A model generated the notes under the pieces. That model ran no database searches. It saw only the letters and a list, made by a program, of their open reading frames with translations, and was not told where the DNA came from. From NCBI RefSeq assembly GCF_009914755.1, contig NC_060934.1: DNA of 64,000 nt; one strand, 5' to 3'. Positions 18,257 to 37,248 of the stretch are shown here, one piece after another; positions within the stretch are counted from its first letter, which is position 1; the number at the start of each line of letters is the position of its first letter. The stretch comes from the human T2T-CHM13v2.0 reference genome, Homo sapiens. The position numbers were made by a program, and so were the translations under genes.

Positions 18257-18420
18257 TTCCTATTCCCTAATTGCTTAAACACTTAGCTGCATTATTTGTA
18301 GTGTTTCCAAGTGATGCTTAAAGAAAATCCATATAAAACTAACATTCTCAGGAAGAGAATGAGTGGTGCTCCCTAGAGAAGAAAGGCCCTCCTACTTATT
18401 ACATCTACCTTCCTGGTTGA

Positions 18421-18730
<310 letters not shown>

Positions 18731-19610
18731 TGAATATTTTCTTTGATGATCGCCATTCTAACCGGTGTTAGATGGTATATCATTGTGGTTTTGATTTGCA
18801 TTTCTCTAATGACCAGTAATGATGAACTTTTTTTCATGTTTGTTGGCCACATAAATGTCTTCTTTTGAGAAGTGTCTGTTCGTATCCTTTACCCACTTTT
18901 TGGTGGGGTTCTTTTTTTCATGTAAATTTGTTTAAGTTTCTTGTAGATTCTGTATATTAGACCTTTGTCAGATGGATAGATTGCAAAAATTTTCTCCCAT
19001 TCTGTAGGTTACTGTTCACTCTGATGATAGTTTCTTTTGCTGTGCAGAAGATCTTTAATTCAATTAGATCCCATTTATCAATTTTGGCTGTTGCAATTGC
19101 TTTTGGTGTTTTAGTCATGAAATCTTTGCCCATGTCTATGTTCTGAATGGTATTCCCTAGGTTTTCTTCTATGGTTTTTATGGTTTTAGGTTTTACACTT
19201 AAGTCTTTAATCCATCTTGTGTTAATTTTTCTATATGGTGTAAGGAAGGGGTCCAGTTTCTGTTTTCTGCATATGGCTAGCCCATTTTCCCAGCAAAATT
19301 AGGGAATCCTTTCCCCATTGCTTGTTTTTGTCAGGTTTGTTAAAGATCAGATGATTGTAGATGTGTGGTGTTATTTCTGAGGCCTCTGTTCTGTTCCATT
19401 GGTCTATATATCTGTCTTACAAGTACCATGCTGTTTTGGTTACTGTAGACTTGTAGTATTGTTTGAAGTCACGTAGTGTGATGCCTCCAGCTTTATTCTT
19501 TTTGCTTAGGATTGTCTTGGCTATAGGGGCTCTTTTCTGGTTCCATATGAAATTTAAAGTAGTTTTTCCTAATTCTGTGAAGAAATTCAATGGTAGCTTG
19601 ATAGAACAGC

Positions 19611-24075
<4,465 letters not shown>

Positions 24076-24085
24076 TTTTGTTTTT

Positions 24086-24312
24086 AAATGATGCTTAATA
24101 ATTGTACCTGTTTATGCAGTACACTTAAGTTTCAACACATATATACATTGCATAATGATCAAATCAGGGAAATGAATGTATCTATCAACTCAAATACTTG
24201 CCATTTCTGATGAAAATACTCATCACTAAAGTATATAAAATTAAAGATATCATTTGGATAAAATTCTCTCTTCTAGCAATTTTGAAATACACAATAGATT
24301 ATTAACCATTAT
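24086..24312 (-). mobile_element. L1MA-like 3' end fragment
   Basis: ataattgtac...tatacattgcataatgatcaaatcagggaaatg...ttttgaaatacacaata. Confidence 0.65.
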
Positions 24313-25221
24313 CTTATTTTAGAAGTTATCTTTTATTTATCCAATGACCATTTTTTTCAATTTGTTTCTTTTTAATTGGTTATTTTGTATCTTTCTTCCT
24401 CACTCAAATATCTGCTGTGATTTGGTGTCTATCCATAGGTTACAGCAAGTCACTGAAAAGCTGATTGGAAGATCCATATTTGTTGATAGTAGGTCTGATT
24501 GTTGGTTGATCAGGGAGCCATTTTATTGGAGAAACCTGAATGATATTGGGTGAAATATTTTTGAGGGGACTAATCAGTTACTCCAGAGGAGAATTCTGTA
24601 ATCGTCTTACGCTTCAGAACCAGTATTCTGTAGATTGAACAAAAGGAGAATGGAGGTCATACTTATTTATATGCAGAGTGTTAGTTAATCCCTAATTGTC
24701 AGTGAACTCTGTCACTCTGTCCTCCAATGCTGGGCTTCCATATATCTTCGAAGACTTTCCAGTTATTTTTCTCCAGGGAATTCTCACCAGCCTGGAAAGA
24801 GTAGGTATGTTTGCCTAACTGAAAAGAAGGAGGGTATCTCTGGTAATTTAATAGCTTCTCTTATAATCTTTTAGGAGTTCATTTTGTTTTCGGCACAGTT
24901 TAAAGAGTTTCCAAACACTACTGTATCCAGGACTTTTCCTGGATACTGACCATGATTAATCTTCATTTTGTTGCCATCATTCCACTGTAGGCACTTATGT
25001 TTCAACTTTCTCCTTTCTGTTTAATCATTTTGCATTTTTCCCATCTACCTAAAACTCTTTAAATTGCTTTGCTGTGGTCTACTTTTCCATTCCATTAGAC
25101 GTGTAGGGTTCATAGCTTTAACTAAAATGTATTTGTCCCTTTCTATTGTTTCATTAGCACAGTAGTATACAAAAATGTGTGTGTTAAATCTTCCATATAA
25201 TGCAAATATGTGCAATGTAAT

Positions 25222-25744
25222 TGTGGCAGAGAGGATACTGCACCCCTTGCAAAGATGTCTATGTCCTAATCTCCAGAACCTGTCAATGGGTTACTTTACA
25301 CAGAAAAAAAGAATCTGCAAATGTGATTACAGTAAAGATCTTGAGATGGGAGGATAAACTTGAATTATGCAGGTATCAGAGAAGAAGGTGTGATAACAGA
25401 AACAGAAATGGGAGAGAGAAACAAGGAGAAACAGGGAGAGAGAGGGAGAGGGAGGGAGGGGGAGAGAGACAGAGAGAGAGAGATGCTACCACTGGCTTGG
25501 CTTTGAAATTGGAGAAAGGAACCACAGACAAGGAATGCAGGTGTTCTCTAGAAGCTCAAAAAGGGCAAGAAAACAGATTGTCCCTGAACCTGCAGAGAGA
25601 ATGTAGTTCTGACAATATCTTGATTTTAGCCTGTAAGAACCATTTCAAACTTCTGACCTCCGTAACTGTAACATAATAAATTTATGTTGTTTTAAGCCAC
25701 CAAGTTTGTGATAATTTGTTACTTATGAAATAAGAAACTAATCA
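25222..25744 (+). mobile_element. MLT1D-like solo LTR with internal GA-rich repeat
   Basis: tgtggcagag...ttttaagccaccaagtttgtg...aaactaatca; perfect 5-bp TSD gtaat (25217 / 25745). Confidence 0.88.
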
Positions 25745-26509
25745 GTAATATTAACTTTTTAAAAGGCTGTCATAAAATATAATGTATATCCACACAATTC
25801 TGTATTTGCTTAAAAATCTATACTCAACCAAATACAAACATATATCTACAAACACCTGCATACACGTAAAATAAGAAAGTCAGAATTTTATTCATCGAAA
25901 TAATAATGTACTGAACTCTGAGTTTATGCAGGGTTACATGGAATTTTAATTTCATTCTTTTTTCTTTGTAATTTTAGATAGCCGATAATGAACAATTAGT
26001 TTTTCAATTGAAATCTAATGAAAAAAATTTCATCACGGTTCTTACCTTAAAACATAAAGGTGTTCCTCGCTAATAGAGGCAGGCCATTGATGTCAATAAT
26101 AAGTAACTCTTAAATGTACAGTCTGGACAACAATTACACAGAATATAGGACAAATGATGTGAACATAAATAACTGAAGGACTCATACAAAGAGAATATCT
26201 TTGAAGAAGTACAGTTATACACATTTAGCACAAAGCCACTAACGTCCACATACAGTCAATGCTTCATGAAATATTTAACACACTGTTGTCCTATGCTAGG
26301 AAAGACTAGCAAATAATGTGTTTCAATGCCTCAATTTTTCCACTTTGTTCCCATAGTATCAATGCAATTCACATATCAATAATGCATCTTGATCTTGATT
26401 AGTTCATGTCTTATTATTTCTCTGTCTTTTTCACGTCAATATGTATCTGCCCAGAACTCAGTTGATGTGAAAATGTTCACATGTGCTGAGGCAGTACTGT
26501 ATGTTCACC

Positions 26510-26640
26510 TTACTCCCCTCTGAGTTTTTCATTTTAGATGAGAATTGAGGCTCACTGAGATTGAGTAACTTGCCTGAGGTCATCCTACTAATGAAGGGTG
26601 AGACTAAGATTTGAATCCAGGCAGTTAAAGTTTAGAGCAT
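26510..26640 (-). mobile_element. MIR fragment
   Basis: cattttagatgagaattgaggctc...gtaacttgcctgaggtca...gatttgaatccaggcag. Confidence 0.75.
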
Positions 26641-29600
26641 GAAGAAAGAAAGACGATAAGGAGGATGGAAGTAAATCGTGGAAAAGCTCTTGGAGATACT
26701 GCTTAAGCCTTAAATAATAGGATTTTGAGATTAAAGGGGATATCTTCTATTGAAACCAGTTTTCTGTAGATCCTTGAAGCTACACATCACAGACCAGACA
26801 GTACTCCACCAGTACTTGGAAATGAATGAGTTGGAGAATTCTGTGATTCTAGATGGTCTGTACTCCAGCTCAGGAGCTGAATATTCAACTCCATCCTAGC
26901 ATACTTGAGTTCAAGACAGTATTACAATAATTTGAGAAGAATTTCTTGCTTTGAGGGGATGAAGGAACCACCTCCCTCTCACAGAAAATTTGATTTTAAC
27001 TTAACATTACGCAGTCACAGGAATTCTAAAAGTTTAGACATAGTTCTTCCTTGCCTGGCCATTTCTCAAAAAGTTTGGCTTTGTAGCAAATAGACATTCT
27101 TATTTGATGGAATAACTTGAGAACAAAGCACAGGCTTCTTGGCTTTGTTTTTGCATATCAGGTTTTCTAGTTAGATTGAACAATGGCAACATCACTGTCA
27201 AATTTCCCTCTCACAAACATTTCTCATGTAGTAAAAGAAACTGAAATCACTGATTCATTTTGGCCATTAAACGTGACACTTCTACTTCTAAAGGGTTTAT
27301 TACACAGATACAGAATTACATAATGTGTTAAGAATTTAAACAAACTAGGTGGAATGAAGCAAAATCAACCTTGCCCTGAGGCCAATTTGTATGAGCAACA
27401 AATTCATAATGCAGTATAAATTGGGTGACCGTGTCTCTTGTGTCCCAATGTAAAAGGTCTAAACCAAGAGAAAGAGGGTGACAAAATTTACAAGCTGAAT
27501 AGGCCAAGGTTGTAGATCAAAACTACAGCCAAATTTAAGGCTTCAGGATATTCCTATTTTCACCCAGACTCTTGGTGTTTTAGTGGCTTATGGCAAAATT
27601 AACAAATTATTTATTTTTATGTAATATTTTTATTTTTGTGTTTTTGCATATATAGTAAGTAGAACATATTGATGACCTTGAAATCCTCCTTGTCCTCTAT
27701 TCCTTTTCCAACCTCAGCCCTTTCCAGGGCCAATTGCCAGCACAGAGGGTACGCACGCTCCCAGTCCATGCTTTGGTATTTTAGTAGGTGGATTCTTTCT
27801 TGACACCTCTTTTCATACACTCACATTTAATCCATTGGTATATCCTGTTGGCTGTAGCTAAAATATATTCAGACTTTGAGCACTTCTTACCAGCTCTTAC
27901 CTCAGATCATATTACCACTCTCACCTTCATAGGACCTTTGCCCTGTGAGTTACCTGACAGCCTCTTTGGTATTATTATTCGAAGAGATAATTACTTTTCA
28001 ACAGAAGAAACTTGAACTTGGAGATTAACACATTTCCAAATTCCAAAAGAAAGTGACTTAATGGACTAGTATCACACTGCCTTGCACCCTTCGGTTCCCC
28101 ATCAGGCATTGTGTAGAAGCAGTGCTTTCTGCTCCCTGCCCCTCAATTTTTACCATGGAGACATCTGCCTGAGGAAAAAGGAAATCTGTCCAATAGATGA
28201 CAAACATGGCATTTCTATGGCCTTAAAAGACTGTTATTTCCCATTATAATAAACAGCTCACTCTGGAATGAGAAGAAGGCTGGCTGATTAGTAGCATGGC
28301 TGTCGCATGATGCTTATCATCAGGATGGGGATATCATGGTCATCAAGCATTTTTTGCCATCTCACTCCAAATAGGGTTGACTCCATTTTTCTTCCCTAGC
28401 TGTATTTTAACCATTCCATCTATACCCACATGTCCTTATTATAGCTCTCACTCATAATACACTAAGTCCTTCAGGGATTCTCTCCTTTTTCTTTGTTTTG
28501 TGTTTGTCAGTTTCTTGCAGAATGAAGTTTGGAGCACTCCTAGATATGTATTATAAATAATTAAAGTTGACAAAGCCCCCTTTACTTTCCCTGTTGTGTG
28601 TGTATTGTGGGGTGTGTGTGTGTGTGCGCGTTTTCCAAAAAAACTTCAGATAGAACAGTGCCACTGACTGTCTCCAACCTTAATAGTGCTTTTTTTTCTG
28701 CCATTGGATGAGATGGGCTTTTACTCTTAGGATTATTATTTTGGAAAGTAGGTAATATTCCTTTAGAAGGAAATAACAAAAGAAAGACAAATCAAATCAA
28801 ACACAAACCTCTGGGCTCTATTATGGCATTAGGCTTTATGTCCCAGAGCAGGTCGGAGCATACCTTTGATATATGAAAATTTGTCTTTCCTGGGTACATT
28901 TCATTTAGTGAAATGCTGTTTGAGAGCAACTTTATTAAAGATGCAAGACACTGGTACAATGCCGCTTTATTTTGTGTCACTGCTTTCATGTAAAATCCTC
29001 TCTCCAAACACGTTGGAGAATTAAATAATACAAGACAGGAGAGAGTGTTCTTTATAAATTATACAACACTATGGCATAAAGAAAAATTTAAAGAATCACT
29101 TAGCCAATAGCTAAGGCTTAGAGAAATGGAAAGAAATAGGAGGGATTCTTAGATTTTTTTTTTCTGTCCAAAGGTTATGGAGAGTGTTTGAAGTAGCGTA
29201 GAAAAATAGAATTCCTGGTGGAACATGGGGCCAACATTTTATTACCAAGAAATGCAACCTTCTCATGATTTTCCTTCCACTGCATCACTTTCTAAGTTGT
29301 CCTTAGTGCTTTTATTTTGTGAAGAACATATGAGTAATGTTCATAGATACTAGTTTTCTATTATAATTTAAATTACTTGAAAGTCCTAAAGTTTAGGGTT
29401 ATCACACACATATAAAAGTGAAAATCACAGAGGTAAAATGAGCTATACATGTGGTCATACAACTGCCAAATAGCAAATCCTTAAGGCAAATCCAGGTTTA
29501 ATGGAATCCAAAGCCTGGTGCTTGTTACCACTCCAGTGAACTTAGCAAGAACTAGAATTAATGAGCCATATCTCTCATTGAGTATATTCCTATAATTTTC

Positions 29601-29859
29601 CAACAATGCTATGCAGGCAAGCACTCTCAATCTTTGTTCTAACGTGACTCAAGGGCCTTAATTCATGAAGACAAAAGTAGCTAGAACTGTATGAACCTCG
29701 AGTAGAAGGGCTATACACAATTTTCATTGTCCTAGAGCACATTCTATTTCTATGCTCTTACATTAACAATTGTGGAGCATTGGGCAATACACTTCTTCTT
29801 CAGATATACTGAGGTGATATCATCTTTCATCTCAGGACCTGGAATAAACCTGAACAGGT

Positions 29860-30338
29860 GGCATGACAAATACTGTACTCATTTTCCTCTTTTTCCTTGC
29901 AGGTAACAACCCCAGTGTTGTTCTGGACAAGAATATGCTCACTTTCAAATCATGGATTACTCTATGACAATAAAAAAAATTCTGGTTTGCAGTTTGCCAG
30001 CCTCTCTTGCCCCAGGGAACATGCATAAGTCACAGTCTTGCCCCATAAGACTAAACTGAACTCTGTGAGCACTGCCCTCCTTTATGTTTTTGTTAGTCCT
30101 GCTCTAAATGTGGCTGTGATGGCTAGAGCTGCAACATTCATTTTACAACCATGTTCCTGCAAGCAGAAGAGTGAAGGCAATATGCTAAAGACTGAAAATA
30201 AAGAAAGGATCTGGACTTCAAAGATGTCATCAACAGCTGCCAACCTCTAAATATTTGATATGAAAAAAATTCTTATTTAAGGCACTGTTAGTTTGGTTTT
30301 TGTGGTAACTTACAATTGAATTCAATCTCAACAGATAA
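29860..30338 (+). mobile_element. Old MaLR LTR (MLT1K/L-like)
   Basis: gtgatggctagagctgcaacattcattttacaaccatg and tttaaggcactgttagtttgg motifs. Confidence 0.6.
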
Positions 30339-30717
30339 TTATAAACAATCCCAGTAGACACACATCAACATGAGAAAGGGGGTTAGGGTTGAGTTGTAGA
30401 GAGAGAAATGCAAGGCTAAAGAGCAAGAGAATACTTCCTTCTGTGATCATACTTTTGGACAAGGTTGCACTTCTGTGTGACATCTAAACTGTAGGTGTCA
30501 TACCAAGGCCGTACATGGTTTCTAAAGGCCAGCTAATGAAGCAGCCATAAACATCACTTATCTAGCACACAGAATTGATGCTTTATCCGTTTGACCATAT
30601 GTGACTGGGCACATGTGTTGGTGTGCATTTTTACACAAAGCTTTGTATAGGCCAAGACCTGGGCTACAAGTAAGACATTTGGGTTCTATCTCTGGCTATT
30701 CCACTTACTAGATGAAT

Positions 30718-31135
30718 ATATTACTCAGGATAGGCTAGATTGTGCTGCAATAAAACAATAAGTGTTAAAAATAAAATAAAATAAACAATCTCCAGGTCTT
30801 AGTGGCTTAAAAGAGTAAAAAGTGTATTATTTGCTCACAGTACTTGCCCATTATGAGTCAGCTAGGAGGCTTTGCTCTATCTTGTCCTCACTCAGGGACT
30901 GAGCCAGAGGGATGTTCCATCTCCCTGCTTCCATGTTTTCCCTGATAGAAAAATGGGTACAAAAACTTACACATGACTTTTAATGCTTTTAAATGAAAGT
31001 AACCCATACTACTTTTGCTAAATTTGCACTGGACAAAACCAGTCACATGACCACACCTATACTCCTGAAAGCAGGAAAATAATACTAACATGAAACTTCA
31101 AGGGAGAACAGAAAATGCTTGGTACAATGCACACA
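30718..31135 (-). mobile_element. Old MaLR LTR (MLT1I/J-like)
   Basis: caggataggctagattgtgctgcaataa...agtggcttaaa...agtcacatgaccacacct. Confidence 0.65.
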
Positions 31136-32648
31136 GTGACTCTAAATGTGTTATTTCCCTTCTTTGCACATTCATTTTCTTCATCTCTAGCAAATATATA
31201 TATATATATATATTTAAATTCTTCCTTGACTACTGTAAGCACACATCATCCTGAAAATGGCTTAGTTTGACTCTTCACCTTTTGCTCACTAAGCGTTGAA
31301 GCTAAACTAAGCAGCTGCTTGCCATTACAGAGACAAAGCCTGAGCGACCTTCTTCACTTTCAGCTTTCAGCAATTTAAAAGAGTGCAGACAGCTAGTAAA
31401 AGAACAAGAGGTGTGGGTATCTCTACCTTCTATGTTGCATCAAATTAGTGAAATAGAATATTTTTGCCTAAACCCTGTATCCCTGGCTTTCTATTATATG
31501 AAAGCAACAAAACAACTAATATTTTAAACTCTTAGTACATCATCTGCAGAACACTAGTTGGCAAAGTGTGCTCTACAAATACGCTGGGTAAATAGCATGG
31601 GGTAACCCAAGGGAGCAAAGAAGAGTGGATTGTGTTCTAAATTAGATATGAGGACCTGATATGACCTGAAGGCAAAGAGTTTGTGGACACTTTTCCTAAA
31701 AGCCCAGTAGGAATTCTGTTTCCTAAAGAACACTTGTAGCTGCCATTACCTTTGCCTAAACTCCTGCAATTTAGTAAGGAAAGAGCCTACGTCTAATGTT
31801 GAAATAATATGCTACCATTAACCACAGAATCAAGAAATGACCTCAAGCTTTTTGATACTTTTTTGCTATTTTTCAAAAAAAGGTTCTGTGAGCTTCTCAT
31901 GCAAAATCTCACTCCTCTTCCAACACAAAAGTGATTTGCCAAAAATGTGCTTTGTTGGTGACTCTTTTGTTAAAGTTTCATATTGAGGAGCTATGCCTTC
32001 AGACCAACTTGTTAACTGCCAAAACTGAGGCAAGAGTTCTGAAGCAGCAACTTCAACTGGACCAAACTTTGTTACTAACATGACCTGATATTTTCTATAT
32101 TTTGCCTCAGGGAAAAAGAAATTATCATCCACGTTTACAGGGCATGAGATAACAACCTGGACTTAACATTGACATTTTTAGGTTGGAATTACTCACTTGT
32201 TTTTTGTTTTGTTTTCTTAATCTGAGAAGTTAGGCAGAGAAACCTAGAATGATTGCACCTCTACGCTTTTACATTAAGAGCTCGTCCTTGCCTTTACTCC
32301 TCAGTTAAACATAAGGGATGCTTCCAAATGTGAGTGACAAAGCTGCCAAAATGGTGATGAATATTGCTTTCAGAGCTGATAAAACAATCTCTTGATATCA
32401 TCAGCCAACAAATCACTGAACACCTTGAATGCAATTTGTATTATGTAGGGTTTTATTTGTTTCAATTTACAATGAATTGAGTTTTTCAGAGGGAGAATGA
32501 AAGTAAGAATTGGTTTATTATGAAAGAACCATGCTGGGAACAGAAAAGAAAAGAGAGAGTCTTACCCAATCTTTGGTCTTTACTGTACGCTCATTGGAGA
32601 ATGACAGTTTGTTCTTTATATAGTATTTAGCAGAACAGGATTAGAGAT

Positions 32649-33175
32649 GAGGGGTCCCTGGTCTGTGGCCTGTTAGGAAGTGGGCTGCACAGCAGGAGGT
32701 GAGCGGCAGGCTAGTGAGCACAGCTTCATCTGTATTTATAGCCACTCCCTATTGCTTGCATTACTGCCTAAGCACAGCCTCCTGTCAGATCAGTGGTGAC
32801 ATTAGATTCTCATAAGAGTACGAACCCTACTGTGAACTGCACATGCGAGGAATGTGCACTAGGTCTCATAAGGAGCTAGGTTGTGAGCTCCTTATGAGAA
32901 TCTAATGTCTGGTGATATGTCACTGTCTCCCATCACCCCCCAGTGGGACCAACTAGTGGCAGAAAAACAAGCTCAGGGCTCCCACTGATTCTACATTATG
33001 GTGAGTTGTATAATTATTTCATTATATATTACAATGTAATAATAATAGAAATAAAGTGCACAATAAATGTAATGCATCATCCTGAAACCATCCCCCATGA
33101 CCTGCCCTCCTGGTCCTTGGAAAAACTGTCTTTCATGAAATTGGTCCTTGGTGCCAAAAAGGTTGGGGACTGCTG
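32649..33175 (+). mobile_element. MER1A hAT-Charlie DNA transposon
   Basis: aggggtccc...gtggcctgttagg...aaaaggttggggactgctg; 8-bp TSD ttagagat / ttatagat. Confidence 0.9.
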
Positions 33176-33253
33176 TTATAGATTAAGAATGGAAGAGATG
33201 AACGCCTGATGAGTGAGACCCCATGAGAGCAATGCTGATTAAGAATGATGTAA

Positions 33254-33533
33254 GGTCAGTTGCTCACGCCTGTAATCCCAGCACTTTGGGAGGTGGAGGC
33301 GGGTGGATCACGAGGTCAGGAGTTCGAGACCATCCTGGCCAACATAGTGAAATCCCATCTCTACTAAAAATACAAAAATTGCTGGGTGTGGTGGTGCGTG
33401 CCTGTAATCCCAGCTACTCAGGAGGCTGAGGCAGGAGAATTGCTTGAACTTGGGAAGCGGAGGTTGCAGCGAGCCGAGGTGGTGCCACTGCACTCCAGCC
33501 CAGGCAACAGTGCGAGACTCTGTCTCATAAAAA
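33254..33533 (+). mobile_element. AluS (Sg/Sc-like)
   Basis: ggatcacgaggtcaggagttcg; TSD aagaatgatgtaa / aagaatggcgtaa. Confidence 0.92.
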
Positions 33534-33719
33534 AGAATGGCGTAAGATAATTAAGCCTAAGTTGTTGTCCTAAGGTTAATCAACAACTTCTCTTTCACTA
33601 CTCTTTGTGTTGCAACCAGTTGGATAGCTCTCCCTAGTGTCCCCCAAGTCCTCATAATTTAGTATCCTTATTCCTTTTAAGTTCCATCTAAGGTCCCCCT
33701 ATGTCCCATGTGATACACT

Positions 33720-34540
33720 CTTCCTGGATGATGTCATGCTCCCTGCCACTTTGAGACCCCTGAGGGACATACAAATAAATAGTTCAAGGTTAGCATGTTA
33801 AAAATGAAATGTATTGTATTTTGTATATTTATACTTTATTTACTGTTTCATAAATTGTTGCCATCAAAAGTACAAGTTGAATCCCATATGAATACCCTTG
33901 ATTGAATATAAGGAAAGAGTAGATTCACTCTCCAAATCTCTAAAAGCTTTAATACTAAAAATCTTTTCTTTCTCTCTCCACCCTACTTTCTATAAATACC
34001 TTGCCTTTATTCAAACTCCATGCTTTATTACTTGGATTACTAAAATAATTGTCCAGTTGTTCTTACTGCCATTCATCACTATAGAATATGGATAAAAGCT
34101 ATAGTCTACACCACAGCATATGTGAACACTTGGAAACACAAATCTGTTTCTATCACTTCCCTACATAAAAGTATTGTTTGTCTTTCCAATGCTTTCAGGA
34201 TGAAATTTAAATTCATTAGCTTATCATATAAAAAGGATTTTATAGTAAATACAAACATGATCCCTGTTTTCATGGCTAGAGTTTAGTGGGGTGTGTGAGG
34301 GGCAGCAGGCAAGTAATTCAAAAGTTACGTTTCAGTGTGATTATGTGTGCTGATAAAGACCTGCATTTGTGCTATGGGAGAATAGCAAAGAAACTGCTAA
34401 ATCAGGTTGGAGGTTAGGAGGTGAAATTTGGAGGAGGTAATGCTTTAGCTGAGTTTTATAAAATGACAGGGACTGGTTACAGGGAGAATAGACAAAAGGC
34501 ATACAGTACTTGGTATATTGTAGGTGTTTGCTAAAATAAA
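33720..34540. mobile_element. Degenerate L2 fragments in both orientations
   Basis: L2-like motifs cttggattactaaaataa, caggatgaaatttaaattcattagc and gtgctatgggagaatag. Confidence 0.5.
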
Positions 34541-36639
34541 TGCATGTAGGCTAAGGTGTGTATGTATGCATGCATGCATTATTTCACACTATATCATGGA
34601 TTTTTATCTGGATTGAATAGGTCATCCACCAAACACTTATGAGATGTGACTACTCCAGATCTCAGCTGTAAAAGGTGAAAGCCAGACTTAATAATCTATA
34701 TTATTGAAATGTTTGAATCTCAGAAGAATAAATATTAACACAAGTAGCAGACATGTATTTTCAGGTAGAGATAGACAATCCAAACATGGATAATTGAAAC
34801 AACCCACAAGGATTCTTATTAAGTCATTGGGACTTTCCTCTTAAGCAATGGAGGTCTGGAATCACAGTTCCAAACTATATATCAACTCCCTGTCATTTTG
34901 CAGGAAGTAATTTCAGAGTTCTCCAGCATATGTCTCATTATCTATCAAGCACAGCCACAGTATTACAACCTCCTCTTCCAATGTCTTAGAATATTGCATT
35001 GCCCTCCTGGGAGATGTGTATTATCCGTGGCATGCTGAATATTTGATTTCTCAGCTAGAATCTTCAGCATTTATGGGTAGAAGCTGAAGAACATAAGAGG
35101 TCAAACATTTACATGAATTTCCTAGGGTTAAAAGTTGATTTTGGTATGAAATATAAAATATACTGTCCTGATAATGTTTCCTTCATTATCCACATCTGCC
35201 ACCTGTGGTACTTATGGGCGGTGGGTTTTTTGCTGTTTTTGTTTTGTTTTGTTTTGTTTTTACTAGAGGGCTAAATCAGAAGAAAATGTGAAATGCTGGA
35301 CAAAAAAAGAGATTTCTTTTGAGCTTCATAAATCTTGGACAAAAGCGAACCCCTGTGAGACTATTTTATGTCCCTTATCTAGCTTGTTGGCAGTACAGGT
35401 GAACATAAAATTTCCCAAGTGGCTGATTAGACTGTATAAAACACTCTAGGACTCTAATGGGCCAGACAATTCAAAAGGGAGTCAAATATAAGATTCAGTT
35501 TGATCTGTTATAAGAAGGTTGTTTTGCTTCTTTATTAACATAGCTACCTCCTTTTAGGACTCTTTATAACCAACTAGCAAGAGATAGTGTCCTCAGCTCT
35601 GGTCTTCTCTAATATAGCTGAATTCCTCCATGTTTCCCCAAATTGATTATTGTCTATCAAATTCCTGTTACTTTTTTGGAATTATCATACCACTTATAAA
35701 GTGTGCTCCACTACTGAAGCAAAATCTAGGAAGCACACTTAAGTTGCCTGTTTCTGCTTCTCTCTTCTACCTAGTGAGTGGTGACAGTGTCTTGGTATCT
35801 TAATTTACTTGTCAATAAGAGAGTTATACCCAGCACAAACCACCTTCTCCAGAGAGCAATAAAGTTTGACTAAGTAATATTTGTAAAGGGCATCTAGGAT
35901 TCAAAAAAATAAAGTTTATTATTAAAGATTTTGATTAAGAACAACAAACACAAAGAGAAAATTCATTCTATATCTGTTCGATATTAAAAACAATGACAGC
36001 CATAAATAAATGTTGAGTAATATTTCCTCTATCTTCTCAAAGGAAAACAAAGGGCCTGACAAGTATATCAAAATGAAATACTGAGTATATGAAGGGGGTG
36101 GGAGGGAAGAACCCCAGTGATGTTGACTGGTTTTAACATTTTTGTTGTCCTTTTATAACCCAGAATAGTGGCATTTCTCATTAAAATGTCATATTTCATT
36201 GTGTTGGAACATAATGGGAACTAAGTCCTTCTAGTACTTTTTTTTATATAAAGCCATGAGAATTTAAGACTTAATGCCAGCTTGCTTTGATTTTTCAATC
36301 ATTCAAGATATATTCTTAATGTTATTTATCTTGGCACCTTTAGAAATGTAGCTCGGTGCTTCTTTCAAAGATATAACTGAAGAAATTATATCACCCCTTC
36401 TATTGAAGTCTTAAAATGAATTCAAAATCAATTATACATGCTTTTCTCTTCTGTTTAATATTCCTTGCCATTCATAGAACTATAGGGTTCATAAAGTGAA
36501 AGGGCATGTACATTATTATTTTCTGTAACTGGGCTAAAGCCATTTTACTAAAAAAAGCAGTCTGTGTCCTATAAAGGGATGAGGCCACTCATACCACTAT
36601 GGTATAATGTAAATAAGATGGGAAACTACTCTCCGTGGG

Positions 36640-37248
36640 CAACCCATCTCACTCACATGAAAACCCAAATTCTAACTGCTACCTTCAGAGAAGAACAGGA
36701 TTTGGCCCCCTCTTATATGTCTGATATTTTCTCTCACCACTTTCACCCTTGCTCACCCTATTGCTGCCATAGTGGGCTCCTTATTATTCCTCAAATGTGC
36801 CAATCACATGTGTGCCTCAGATTTTTGCTAAGTTATTCCATCTGCTTATAATTGTTCCCAAGACTCACTCCTATGTTTGCTTTCAAGGCTTTTCTCAAAA
36901 GTTACATTCTCAGTGAGGGATTTCCTTGTCAACCTATCTAAAATATTGTACTCCTCCCCTGGAAAAAAAAAATCCAATTGCACTTATCTACTAAATTTTA
37001 TCTTTAATGTCTATCGGTATCTAATATGATCTATATTTACTCATTTATTTTGTTTATTCCCCATCTCATACATTAAAATATTAAGCTCTGTGGTAGTAGA
37101 AGATTAACTGCTGTGATCCTCCACCTAAGACAGGATCTGGCAAACAGTATGTTCTTAATAAAACCAGATGAATAAATATGTAAATAAATGTATAAATAAA
37201 AAATTGAATGAATACATGAGTGAATAAATGTAAGGAGTGAATGAAATG
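36640..37248 (+). mobile_element. L2a 3' portion
   Basis: gctgccatagtgggctcctt...attccatctgct...cagtgagggatttcctt; ends in a (TGAA/TAAA)n tail. Confidence 0.75.

Noticed and set aside
31866-32132. 88-aa minus-strand ORF in unique sequence
   Set aside because: It has a non-ATG start, no recognisable domain and no convincing splice context.
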